Notes: generated by a model not told the origin, from the letters alone. A stretch of DNA of 7,075 nucleotides from Candidatus Caldarchaeales archaeon (GCA_032249095.1 JAVVGN010000091.1:1-7075), one strand, 5' to 3'. Positions 1 to 5,766 are shown, counted from the stretch's first letter. Program-made: numbers and translations.

Positions 1-702
1 CTCGCAGCACCCTCTATAACGCTTCTCCTCGGTGCGCCGGCCATCGCGCTCTTCATGTCAGGAGCGAAGCTCAGCCAAGGTGTCTGGAGAAACTACCTCT
101 GGTTTGCCGTGCTTTTCCCAGTCGCAGTCCTGTCTCCGTTTCTCTTGCCGCAGGCAGGTAGACTTCCGCTGGCTGTTTTGTTGGTGCTGCTCTATGTCGT
201 GTTTGCGCGTGGGATTGTTTTAGCCGAGGATGATGTTTTGGTTAGTGTTGATGCGACATTGGTCGAGAAGCTTCTGAGGAAAGAAAACATCTCTCTTGCC
301 GCTCTACAGTCCGCGGTCGCCGTCTCCGGTATGGCATACGGAGCAGACATGTTCCTCGACGTCATGTCGAGTCTTGAAAACCATTTCACCTACACTCTTC
401 TCGTCTCTCCCTTCGCAACATGTATCGAGGAGGTATTGGCGGCCTCCTACTGGACATTTAAGCGTAAACCAGACATAGCCTTAAGCCTCCTCTCCGGCGA
501 AAACCTCATACAGGCGACCTTAGTAGTTGGGTTAGGCATAGCCGCAACCGGATGGGATCTGCCGTATAGAGCAGTCTCCGTCTCAGCAGTCTACAGCCTG
601 TCTGCCGCCATTTTGTCGTATTCTGTGAAGACAGGCCATGTGAGGCTCATGCCCATGGTTCTCCTGCTCTATCCTGTCTACGTGTTTGCGTCAATGGCTT
701 AG
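1..702 (+). CDS. Polytopic membrane protein, 3' part. Possibly a cation/Ca2+ exchanger (CaCA)-like alpha-repeat protein. Likely starts upstream of the window.
   Basis: The listed ORF is 55..702, but the same frame has no stop back to nt 1 (LAAPSITLLLGAPAIALF...), so the gene probably enters from the left. It has several hydrophobic helices. The segment ATCIEEVLAASYWTFKRKPDIALSLLSGENLIQATLVVGLG loosely resembles the Na_Ca_ex alpha-repeat (G-S-x-P-E ... GSNifN...vlG) as I remember it. This match is weak. Confidence 0.55.
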   Translation, partial: LAAPSITLLLGAPAIALFMSGAKLSQGVWRNYLWFAVLFPVAVLSPFLLPQAGRLPLAVLLVLLYVVFARGIVLAEDDVLVSVDATLVEKLLRKENISLAALQSAVAVSGMAYGADMFLDVMSSLENHFTYTLLVSPFATCIEEVLAASYWTFKRKPDIALSLLSGENLIQATLVVGLGIAATGWDLPYRAVSVSAVYSLSAAILSYSVKTGHVRLMPMVLLLYPVYVFASMA

Positions 703-781
703 TTTATACGAGTCTACATTGATAGACGGAATTTGCAGTGCGACACCAGCTACGGCATGTAATCTATGGAATATTATGGGT

Positions 782-1306
782 CTAGGCCTCGAAAGAGATG
801 TCTCCAACCAGCCCACTCGTAAGCCTCTGGATGTCTTGAGGAGAGATCTCGAGGAGGACGTTTACATCTCCGCCCCCTCCATATACGCGCTCGAGTCCCA
901 TTACCTGCTCGTCTATCACCACCCTGACGCCCTCCGGCAGGCCCACTGGCGGTAGAGCGCCCACCTCGTACCCTGTGTGTCTCTTAGCCTCCTCCGGCTT
1001 AGCGATCCTAACCCACTTAGCGCCCAGAAGCCTGGCGAGCTTCACCTCGCTCACGCGCCTATTCCCCTGCACTAACACGACGACAGGTGAGCCGGAGTCG
1101 TCGATGAAGACTACGCTCTTTACAATTCTCCCCGGATCCACTCCAAGATTTTTTACCGCTGCAGACACCGTCTTCACATGTCCGCTAAACGTTATGATCC
1201 TAGAGTCAACACCAGCCTCCCTCAGCAGCCTCTCAAGCCTCCCCCGCCCCTCCAAAGCCACGCCGCTATTGACCCCGCGCCCCCGTATAGCTTTAACTCG
1301 GCGCAA
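782..1306 (-). CDS. YbaK/ProX-type aminoacyl-tRNA trans-editing (Cys/Ala-tRNA(Pro) deacylase-like) domain protein
   Basis: The 174-aa ORF contains IVKSVVFIDDSG.PVVVLVQGNRRVSEVKLARLLGAKWVRIAKPEEAKRHTGYEVGALPPVG...VVIDEQV...VYGGGG, which is typical of the YbaK/EbsC editing fold. The listed start is TTG at 1306. An internal GTG at 1261 (V-A-L-E-G..., 159 aa) would leave room for a divergent promoter and may be the true start. Confidence 0.8.
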   Translation of the reverse strand: MRRVKAIRGRGVNSGVALEGRGRLERLLREAGVDSRIITFSGHVKTVSAAVKNLGVDPGRIVKSVVFIDDSGSPVVVLVQGNRRVSEVKLARLLGAKWVRIAKPEEAKRHTGYEVGALPPVGLPEGVRVVIDEQVMGLERVYGGGGDVNVLLEISPQDIQRLTSGLVGDISFEA

Positions 1307-1318
1307 AGGCTCCTAGGT

Positions 1319-2176
1319 GTGGGCGTGGTCAAGGTCGTCGGTGGCGTGGCGCTGGTGAGGGCCGACGAGGTCTCCGACCCGGAGGCCTACGTCAAGAGGA
1401 TCCTCTCCACGCATCCGCGGATTAAGGCCGTCATCAAGTACTGGGGGGTCGAGGGGGTTTACAGGACGCCGCGTGTCGAGGTTCTCTGGGGGCACCCACC
1501 AAGCTCCATCCTCTACCGCGAGTATGGCGTTGAGTACGAGCTAGACCCCCTCAGCCTGATGTTCTCTCTAGGCAACAAGTTTGAGAGGTTGAGGGTCTCT
1601 CGGTTGGTCAGGCGCTGGGAGACGGTGGTTGACATGTTCGCTGGGGTGGGCCAGTTCAGCCTCCCCATAGCGTTCCACGCGAGGCCCAAAAAGGTATACT
1701 CCATCGAGCTTAACCCCCGCGCATTCAGCTTCCTAGAAAGAAATATCGAGAGAAACAGGCTCTCGGACGTTATTGAGCCGATCCAGGGTGACTGCAGGGT
1801 CGTGGCTGAGAAGATCGGCCCTGTTGCAGACAGAATAGTCATGGGCTACATCCTCGACACGCTCGGCTTCCTGCCCTACGCCTTAAAAATGCTCGGGAGG
1901 GCCGGCGGGATAATTCATCTTCACAGCCTCGTGAGACGGGGCTCGGAGCAGGATTTTGCGCTGGAGGCCGAGAGAGCGGTGCTCAGCCACGGCTTCGCCG
2001 CGAAGGTGGTCAAGATGAGGAGGGTGAAGAGCTACTCGCCGTCTAAGAACCACATAGTCATAGACCTTTTCGCCGTCAGCGAACGGCCACCATCCTCAGA
2101 AGAACCAGCTGCTTTAGGGTCTCAGCCGTCAGCGCCAGGGTATTTAGCATCTGATAGGCCGCGTAGCGGTCCCTAG
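1319..2176 (+). CDS. Trm5/Taw2-family class I SAM-dependent tRNA(G37) methyltransferase or wyosine aminocarboxypropyltransferase
   Basis: The motifs VVDMFAGVGQFSLPIA, ADRIVMGY, IIHLH and HIVIDL align well with archaeal Taw2/Trm5 as remembered (for example VVDMFAGIGHLSLPIA ... ADRILMGY ... IIHYH ... VLDL). The ORF track starts at 1178, but 1178-1306 is antisense to the YbaK gene and encodes P-rich low-complexity sequence. GTG at 1319 (or 1325) is the likely start. I cannot separate the Trm5a/b and Taw2 subfamilies by eye. Confidence 0.85.
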   Translation: MGVVKVVGGVALVRADEVSDPEAYVKRILSTHPRIKAVIKYWGVEGVYRTPRVEVLWGHPPSSILYREYGVEYELDPLSLMFSLGNKFERLRVSRLVRRWETVVDMFAGVGQFSLPIAFHARPKKVYSIELNPRAFSFLERNIERNRLSDVIEPIQGDCRVVAEKIGPVADRIVMGYILDTLGFLPYALKMLGRAGGIIHLHSLVRRGSEQDFALEAERAVLSHGFAAKVVKMRRVKSYSPSKNHIVIDLFAVSERPPSSEEPAALGSQPSAPGYLASDRPRSGP

Positions 2177-2197
2177 GGATCTTTTCAACGGCCATCC

Positions 2198-2734
2198 TTA
2201 TCTCCCCCCAAAATGCTCAACGTCCGCGGCCCCCCGGTCCATAGCGTCGGCTAACTCAGAAACCAGTGCTGAGAGGGTCATAAACTCCTCCCTAGTCATG
2301 CCGAGCCTCAGGGCCTCCCCGAAGACTACGCATAGGTCGATGAACCTGGCCGAGAGCGCCCCGCCAGATGTATGGCCTGCATTATGAGGCCGCGGGACGG
2401 CCTAGTGATCATCCATGAAACATGCCTCGAGATGGCGCGTGATTGGAGGAGATACTCTGAGCCCTCTCTCATCACAGACTCCCAGTCACCGGTCCCAACG
2501 TTCTCAGCTGCGGCTCGGGCGGCTGTGGAGAGGCTTATCAAGAAACTTTTAACCCCCTCGTCCAGGCTCGTGAAAAGCTCCCCTGAGAAGGTTACTTGGA
2601 CCTCGTTCTCACCTGCCACGATCGCCATCAATCCGTGAAGCTCACTCCTCAGCCTTCTGATACGGGGCAGAATCTTGTATGAAGCTCCCGGATACTCTCC
2701 TCAAGCTCTCCCAAGCCCTAGCGTCCCCCACCAT
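2198..2734 (-). pseudogene. Hypothetical gene readable only across three reading frames (possible double frameshift, or sequencing errors)
   Basis: The ATG at 2734 has an upstream GGAGGAGAAGG and opens a 30-codon frame ending at 2642. A second frame is open over 2700-2326 and contains the listed 101-aa ORF 2326..2631. A third frame is open over 2401-2198 and encodes ...ARFIDLCVVFGEALRLGMTREEFMTLSALVSELADAMDRGAADVEHFGGR*, which is helical and protein-like but has no start codon. The open segments overlap pairwise, so two 1-nt shifts would give one protein of about 178 aa. No family was recognised. Confidence 0.3.
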
Positions 2735-2866
2735 TTTTATCCTTCTCCTCCGCCAGCGCGTCGGCGTCTCGGGTATTTATGATGGAGGATGGGGAGACGG
2801 CTTCATGTGGATGCGTCCCAGCCGCCTACACCTGATAGCGATGGTACTCCTTACTCCATAGGTATA

Positions 2867-2901
2867 CATGAGAAAAGGGAGAGAAGGGGGGAGGGGCTCG
2901 G
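2867..2901 (+). repeat. Left purine-rich imperfect terminal inverted repeat of unit B
   Basis: Shares (C/G)ATGAG, a purine run and GGGGGAG(A/G)GG(T/C)T with the other three termini (5767-5803, rc 6841-6875, rc 3922-3966). Confidence 0.35.
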
Positions 2902-2937
2902 CTAGACCACCCGTGCAGCATCTGGGAAACCCTATAG

Positions 2938-3012
2938 GAGGCCGGACGTTAAATGATACATCACAGCACCCGACAGTTGGGTGAGCGTTAAATCCTCAAT
3001 CATACCGGCCTC
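2938..3012. ncRNA. Structured module B: outer stem, symmetric 21/21-nt internal loop, inner hairpin. Candidate guide or bridge-like RNA, or a DNA cruciform site.
   Basis: The outer stem GAGGCCGG (2938-2945) pairs with CCGGCCTC (3005-3012). The inner hairpin is CACCC (2967-2971), loop gacagtt, GGGTG (2979-2983). Both loop strands are 21 nt (2946-2966 and 2984-3004) and both begin A(G)CGTTAAAT. The module lies 7 nt from the recombinase stop. The strand of any transcript cannot be determined because all pairs are Watson-Crick. Confidence 0.4.
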
Positions 3013-3018
3013 TGGGCT

Positions 3019-3393
3019 TTATCCCTGCGCCGGCATGGCCAGCCTCCCAAGGGCCTCCTGCCTATATATCCTCCAGATCTTCGAGAGCATCTGCTTTTCC
3101 TTCTTCGCGGTCAGACTAAACGATGTGTTGTTGTTTGCTGAAGCCGTCAGCCTCTGCAACGCACGCCTCAAATGCCCACTATAGATCCTCCTTCTACCGC
3201 GAATCGGTTTAAACAGCCACAGTAAATTCCTAGTCTTCCTGAACCCCTTAGATCGGTCTAGGTATATTATCAGCTCGGCCAGAGCCTCCATAGCACCAAC
3301 GTTACCACCCACACCCAGCTCACCCACAAGCCTATTATACACAGGATACCTTTTACCAGCCTCCTCAGCAATCATCCTAGCCACCTCCTCCAT
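3019..3393 (-). CDS. C-terminal (Transposase_20/Tnp-like) half of IS110-like recombinase copy B, separated from the N-terminal half by an in-frame TAG. Likely decaying.
   Basis: The 124-aa ORF starts with an ATG directly after the TAG (3394-3396). MEEVARMIAEEAGKRYPVYN...ALAELIIY...LLWLFKPI...YSGHLRRAL aligns with residues 158-276 of copy A but is much more diverged. It has a 4-residue deletion and carries R-G where A has the S-S dipeptide. Confidence 0.55.
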   Translation of the reverse strand: MEEVARMIAEEAGKRYPVYNRLVGELGVGGNVGAMEALAELIIYLDRSKGFRKTRNLLWLFKPIRGRRRIYSGHLRRALQRLTASANNNTSFSLTAKKEKQMLSKIWRIYRQEALGRLAMPAQG

Positions 3394-3864
3394 CTACACC
3401 TCCAAAGACTTTATTACTGGTCTCAGAACCTCCCTCTCAGAATCAGACAAAGCCCTGTATTTGTTCAGCAGTCGCTGATGGCTCCTCAATAGAGACCTAT
3501 AGGCCAGAATCATCCTCCGCATAACTAGGAAGTCCTCAGTAACCCTCCTGAACCACCTCCCCTCTATGTTCATCAATGTCTTTATGTCTCCCCTAGCTGT
3601 CTTCGGCAACTTATGCTCTCTGCGCATCCTCTTAAGCAATGTAAGTCTCCTAAGATAATTGACCTCCACTCCCTTTCTCAGAAGTTCTATAGCACCCTCA
3701 GTATGCTGAGGTGGTATTGTATCCATGAATAGCCTGTCTCCGGGCCCAGCAGGGATCTCGCCGAAGCTGTCTACGTGTTTGAAAGTCGTTCCGTCCACCG
3801 TGTATGTTATCCTGTATCTCTCGCTATTCTTCTTAGTTCTGTGGACATCTGCATAGAACTTCAA
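3394..3864 (-). CDS. N-terminal (DEDD/RuvC-like plus coiled-coil) half of IS110-like recombinase copy B, ending at an in-frame TAG
   Basis: The 156-aa ORF has a TTG start. By hand count 121/156 residues are identical to copy A, and most changes are conservative (K/R, S/T, I/V/L). The nucleotide alignment has many synonymous differences, for example TAT/TAC, GCA/GCG, GTC/GTT and CAC/CAT in codons 4-8, which indicates purifying selection. Confidence 0.7.
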   Translation of the reverse strand: MKFYADVHRTKKNSERYRITYTVDGTTFKHVDSFGEIPAGPGDRLFMDTIPPQHTEGAIELLRKGVEVNYLRRLTLLKRMRREHKLPKTARGDIKTLMNIEGRWFRRVTEDFLVMRRMILAYRSLLRSHQRLLNKYRALSDSEREVLRPVIKSLEV

Positions 3865-3968
3865 TATCCCTGCACCCCCTCATTCTGTGTCTTTACCTCG
3901 TATGGTCTCGCCACCAACTGGAACCTCTCCACCAACCCACTTCCAACCTCTTCCCTCACACTCATCAT
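3861..3968 (-). CDS. 35-aa upstream ORF overlapping the recombinase start (TTGA stop/start overlap). Speculative.
   Basis: ATG-ATG at 3968/3965 opens MMSVREEVGSGLVERFQLVARPYEVKTQNEGVQGY*. The C-terminal 22 residues are conserved with the equivalent frame in copy A, and the substitutions fall on this frame's wobble positions. A TTTATAT (rc of 4000-4006) lies about 30 nt upstream. Confidence 0.3.
   Translation of the reverse strand: MMSVREEVGSGLVERFQLVARPYEVKTQNEGVQGY
3865..3929 (-). promoter_or_regulatory. Conserved 5' leader of recombinase copy B (SD-like GAGGGGGTG and TATA-like GGTAAAG)
   Basis: The first 41 nt upstream of the TTG differ from copy A at a single position, including a 31-nt perfect run. 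After a variable 13-nt stretch there is a second conserved block, TGGAACCTCTC (3919-3929). Confidence 0.5.
3922..3967 (-). repeat. Right purine-rich imperfect terminal inverted repeat of unit B
   Basis: The reverse complement reads GATGAGTGTGAGGGAAGAGGTTGGAAGTGGGTTGGTGGAGAGGTT. This shares GATG.GTG..., a purine run and GAGAGGTT with the left end of unit A (5767-5803). Confidence 0.35.
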
Positions 3969-4010
3969 CTGTTCGGATAAGACCCTCTACCAGTCCCGCA
4001 TATAAAGAGT

Positions 4011-4034
4011 AATGGCCCCAACAGCCGGGCCATT
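4011..4034 (-). terminator. Perfect 8-bp hairpin followed (on the minus strand) by a U-rich tract. Candidate terminator for leftward transcription.
   Basis: AATGGCCC (4011-4018) pairs with GGGCCATT (4027-4034) around an 8-nt loop. On the minus strand it is followed by ACTCTTTATAT. The same TTTATAT could instead act as a TATA box for unit B. Confidence 0.3.
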
Positions 4035-4089
4035 CCCCAACCCTGCACACATTAAGAGCTGGACACACCATCCATAAGGATTACTCCAA

Positions 4090-4470
4090 ACCCCCTATTG
4101 AGGGAGATGATGGAGAGAGCAGAGGAAGAGAACAAGAAGATAAAAGTCAAGATACTATACAACAAGTATTACTGCCATACAATACGAGAAGGACCCAGAC
4201 ATGGACGGAAACACACTATTCTCCATAGAGAGCCAATGAACTATTACCAAGAGATATAAAGACCTCAAGGAGACCAATACTACCAAGAGAACTATACTAC
4301 GCCCCAACAAACATAAAAGGAATAGAGAAGGAGAAATCGAAACTAACACACATACTAGGCATAGAACACAGAAACATACCAACACAGCTAGACCCATGGG
4401 GAAACGAGGTAATATTCATGGGAAAAGGACAGACAACACTATACGGATACCCAAGACCGGAAACATAGAA
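4090..4470. other. A-rich, T-depleted, lower-GC compositional island with short repeated motifs
   Basis: By hand count there are about 45 T in the 300 nt of 4141-4440. ATAC occurs 10 times in 4141-4460. The exact 10-mer TACCAAGAGA occurs at 4245-4254 and 4281-4290. GAAAC occurs 5 times. The composition changes abruptly at about 4470, just past the AbrB-gene stop (4484), and at about 4090. Confidence 0.6.
4155..4397 (-). CDS. 80-aa very hydrophobic Cys/Leu/Val-rich ORF. Doubtful, and possibly a by-product of the T-rich strand.
   Basis: This is the only listed ORF in the island. It lies 86 nt downstream of the AbrB-domain gene on the same strand. Its hydrophobic sequence is what a T-rich strand would encode by default. 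No family was recognised. Confidence 0.2.
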   Translation of the reverse strand: MGLAVLVCFCVLCLVCVLVSISPSLFLLCLLGRSIVLLVVLVSLRSLYLLVIVHWLSMENSVFPSMSGSFSYCMAVILVV

Positions 4471-4483
4471 TTCATATTAGCTC

Positions 4484-4765
4484 TTAACCCATTTCGCTCT
4501 TAATCCTCATGGACCCCGCGCCGAGTGTGTAGAATAGTTTAACAGCCTCGTCCACCTTGTCCTCTCCAATCTCGCTTAGCTCAACCTCGACCGAGAATCC
4601 TCCGCCCCTGCCATCGGGAACCACATAGAACATGCCGGGGTCTGAAAGCAATAGTACGCTCGAGCCCTTCCCCAGGCCCAGCTCCTCAACCCACTCCTTG
4701 GGCAGCGTAAGGACGTAACTACTCCCACGGAGCTGCTGTAGATGCCTCTTCTCGAGCCTCGGCAT
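4484..4765 (-). CDS. AbrB/SpoVT (MazE-like) swapped-hairpin DNA-binding domain protein
   Basis: The N-terminus RHLQQLRGSSYVLTLPKEWVEELGLGKGSSVLLL matches the SpoVT-AbrB consensus (..vqklGgSs.vvtlPkewveelglkkGdev..) found in archaeal regulators and antitoxins. The protein is 93 aa with an ATG start. Confidence 0.8.
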   Translation of the reverse strand: MPRLEKRHLQQLRGSSYVLTLPKEWVEELGLGKGSSVLLLSDPGMFYVVPDGRGGGFSVEVELSEIGEDKVDEAVKLFYTLGAGSMRIKSEMG

Positions 4766-4807
4766 AACCCCTCAGAACTCACTGGCAGACTAAAAGCTTA
4801 GCTAAAC

Positions 4808-5137
4808 ATGGCTGAAGTGCAGATCACAGGGTTATTAGGCGCCTTGCTAGCAGCTGGCTCAGGCTTGAAGACGCCCACAGAGGTCGAGAACAAGGTCCTA
4901 GCGATAATACACCTCTACGTCGAGCCTAACAAGCTGCCGCGAGTGGCGGAGACCCTGAAGGAGATGCCAGAGATACTTGACGTCTACGAGGTCACGGGAG
5001 ACTACGACATAATAGCCATAATGGCCTCCGGCAACATTAACCAGCTGAGAGAGCTGCTGAAAGATAAGGTCCTGAAGACCGAAGGAATAAAGAGCTCTGT
5101 GACAACCATCGTTCTGCAGACCCACAAGCGGAGCTGA
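4808..5137 (+). CDS. Stand-alone Lrp/AsnC-type RAM (ligand-binding) domain protein
   Basis: VLAIIHLYVEPNKLPRVAETLKEMPEILDVYEVTGDYDIIAIMASGNINQLRELLKDKVLKTEGIKSSVTTIVL is a textbook AsnC_trans_reg/RAM beta-alpha-beta-beta-alpha-beta pattern. No N-terminal HTH is present. An internal TTG at 4865 (MKTPTEVENK..., 90 aa) is an alternative start. Confidence 0.8.
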   Translation: MAEVQITGLLGALLAAGSGLKTPTEVENKVLAIIHLYVEPNKLPRVAETLKEMPEILDVYEVTGDYDIIAIMASGNINQLRELLKDKVLKTEGIKSSVTTIVLQTHKRS

Positions 5138-5250
5138 GCCGCTATCCTTTAACCGCGCCCTCTCCCACCGACCTTCCTAAACTTTAAGGCAATAGTGGAG
5201 GCCTACATTCCGCCCGAGAACATGCAGAAGATACATGAGGAGAACCCTGA

Positions 5251-5694
5251 GGGTACGAGGCTGACGGGCATAGGCATGTTGCTGAGGTGGAGCAGGAACT
5301 CTCGGCCCTCGCTGGGCGCAGCGTCAGGGTCTCTATGGTCCCCCACGCGGTCGGGATGGTGAGGGGCGCCCTAGCCACCTCCCACGTCTGGATTGACGGC
5401 TCGATAGACGAGACCACAATCTGGAGAGCATACGCCAAACACTACGGAAAAGAACCCTTCGTCAGGATAGTCAGGACCGGCCCCGTCAAGTACCCAGACC
5501 CGAAATACGTGATCGGAAGCAACTATTGCGACGTAGGTTTCGCGGTCGAGAGGCCGAGGCTAAGGGCGGCGCTCTTCGCCGCGATAGACAACCTCATGAA
5601 GGGCGCGGCGGGACAGGCCGTCCAATGCATGAACATAATGCTCGGCCTCGACGAGAGAGAGGGGCTCGGCCAGGCCCCCATCAGCCCTGTATAG
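5251..5694 (+). pseudogene. argC: 5'-truncated N-acetyl-gamma-glutamyl-phosphate reductase / [LysW]-aminoadipate-semialdehyde dehydrogenase (ArgC/LysY) remnant, C-terminal ~145 residues only
   Basis: GHRHVAEVEQEL ... PHAVGMVRG ... AIDNLMKGAAGQAVQCMNIMLGLDEREGL matches the C-terminal dimerisation domain of ArgC/LysY. Full-length proteins are about 330-350 aa. The NAD-binding domain and catalytic Cys region are absent, because only 113 nt separate this frame from the previous gene. Weak homology (..IHEENPEG) may continue in another frame from about 5195, which would imply an additional frameshift near 5250. Confidence 0.75.
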
Positions 5695-5766
5695 GTGGTG
5701 AGGCTTGGTGATCGTGGTAGGGGAATCTAGGGAAGCGACCTACGGCTTTGAATATAGAGATCGAGA

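Larger units (their letters stand above)
2867..3967 (-). mobile_element. IS110-like unit B (degenerate copy): 3' structured module, split recombinase gene, conserved leader and purine-rich inverted termini
   Basis: The unit is homologous to 5767-6875 over the CDS, the 5' leader and part of the 3' region. Its termini are CATGAGAAAAGGGAGAGAAGGGGGGAGGGGCT (2867-2898, + strand) and GATGAGTGTGAGGGAAGAGGTTGG...GGAGAGGTT (reverse complement of 3922-3966). Boundaries are approximate. Confidence 0.5.

Noticed and set aside
686-1842. Listed ORFs 686..955(+), 975..1316(+), 1313..1495(-) and 1513..1842(-)
   Set aside because: All lie antisense to, or out of frame with, the well-supported YbaK-type and Trm5/Taw2 genes. 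They have S/P/T/R-rich, low-complexity sequences typical of shadow ORFs.
2372-2861. Plus-strand ORFs 2372..2638 and 2679..2861
   Set aside because: They are S/P/T-rich shadow frames opposite the more protein-like minus-strand frames, and no motif was recognised.
3911-3929. GGTTCCAGTTGGTGG (and GGTTCCACATAG in copy A) resembling the TCCAGTGGAAAC core of crenarchaeal origin recognition boxes
   Set aside because: The match is only partial (TTCCAG/TTCCAC). It sits inside the repeated element leader, and there is no cdc6/orc1 gene or clustered inverted ORB pair in the window.
3961-3971. C-box-like AUGAUGA on the minus strand (rc of 3962-3968), and similar GATGATG at 4105-4111, as possible C/D-box sRNAs
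   Set aside because: No CUGA D or D' box lies within 40-70 nt downstream on the same strand, and there is no terminal stem.
3775-4005. Plus-strand ORFs 3775..4005 and 6694..6897, which share ELQYPCTPSFCVF(T/I)SYGLAT(N/M)WNLS
   Set aside because: The shared peptide only mirrors the nucleotide-conserved leader. The part antisense to the recombinase CDS differs non-conservatively between copies, and the C-termini diverge outside the unit. One caveat applies: this frame shares wobble positions with the minus-strand upstream ORF, so the period-3 pattern alone cannot exclude it.
4090-4470. Possible CRISPR or other interspaced repeat array, suggested by recurring GAAAC and ATAC
   Set aside because: There is no repeat unit of 20 nt or more, and no regular spacing. 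Only short motifs recur, plus one 10-mer duplicated 36 nt apart.
5167-5175. ACCGACCTT at the argC truncation junction is the exact reverse complement of loop positions 5857-5865 of module A, a tempting guide-to-target match
   Set aside because: It is only 9 nt with mismatches on both sides. Given about 14 kb of two-strand search space and dozens of loop 9-mers, about one such hit is expected by chance. It is worth re-testing only if loop-target rules are established.
5760-5765. ATCGAG at 5760-5765 and 6871-6876 as a possible 6-bp target-site duplication of unit A
   Set aside because: The right-hand copy is better read as part of the inverted TCGAT terminal block. The left one is part of a local AGATCG tandem. 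A 6-mer coincidence at these distances is not convincing.
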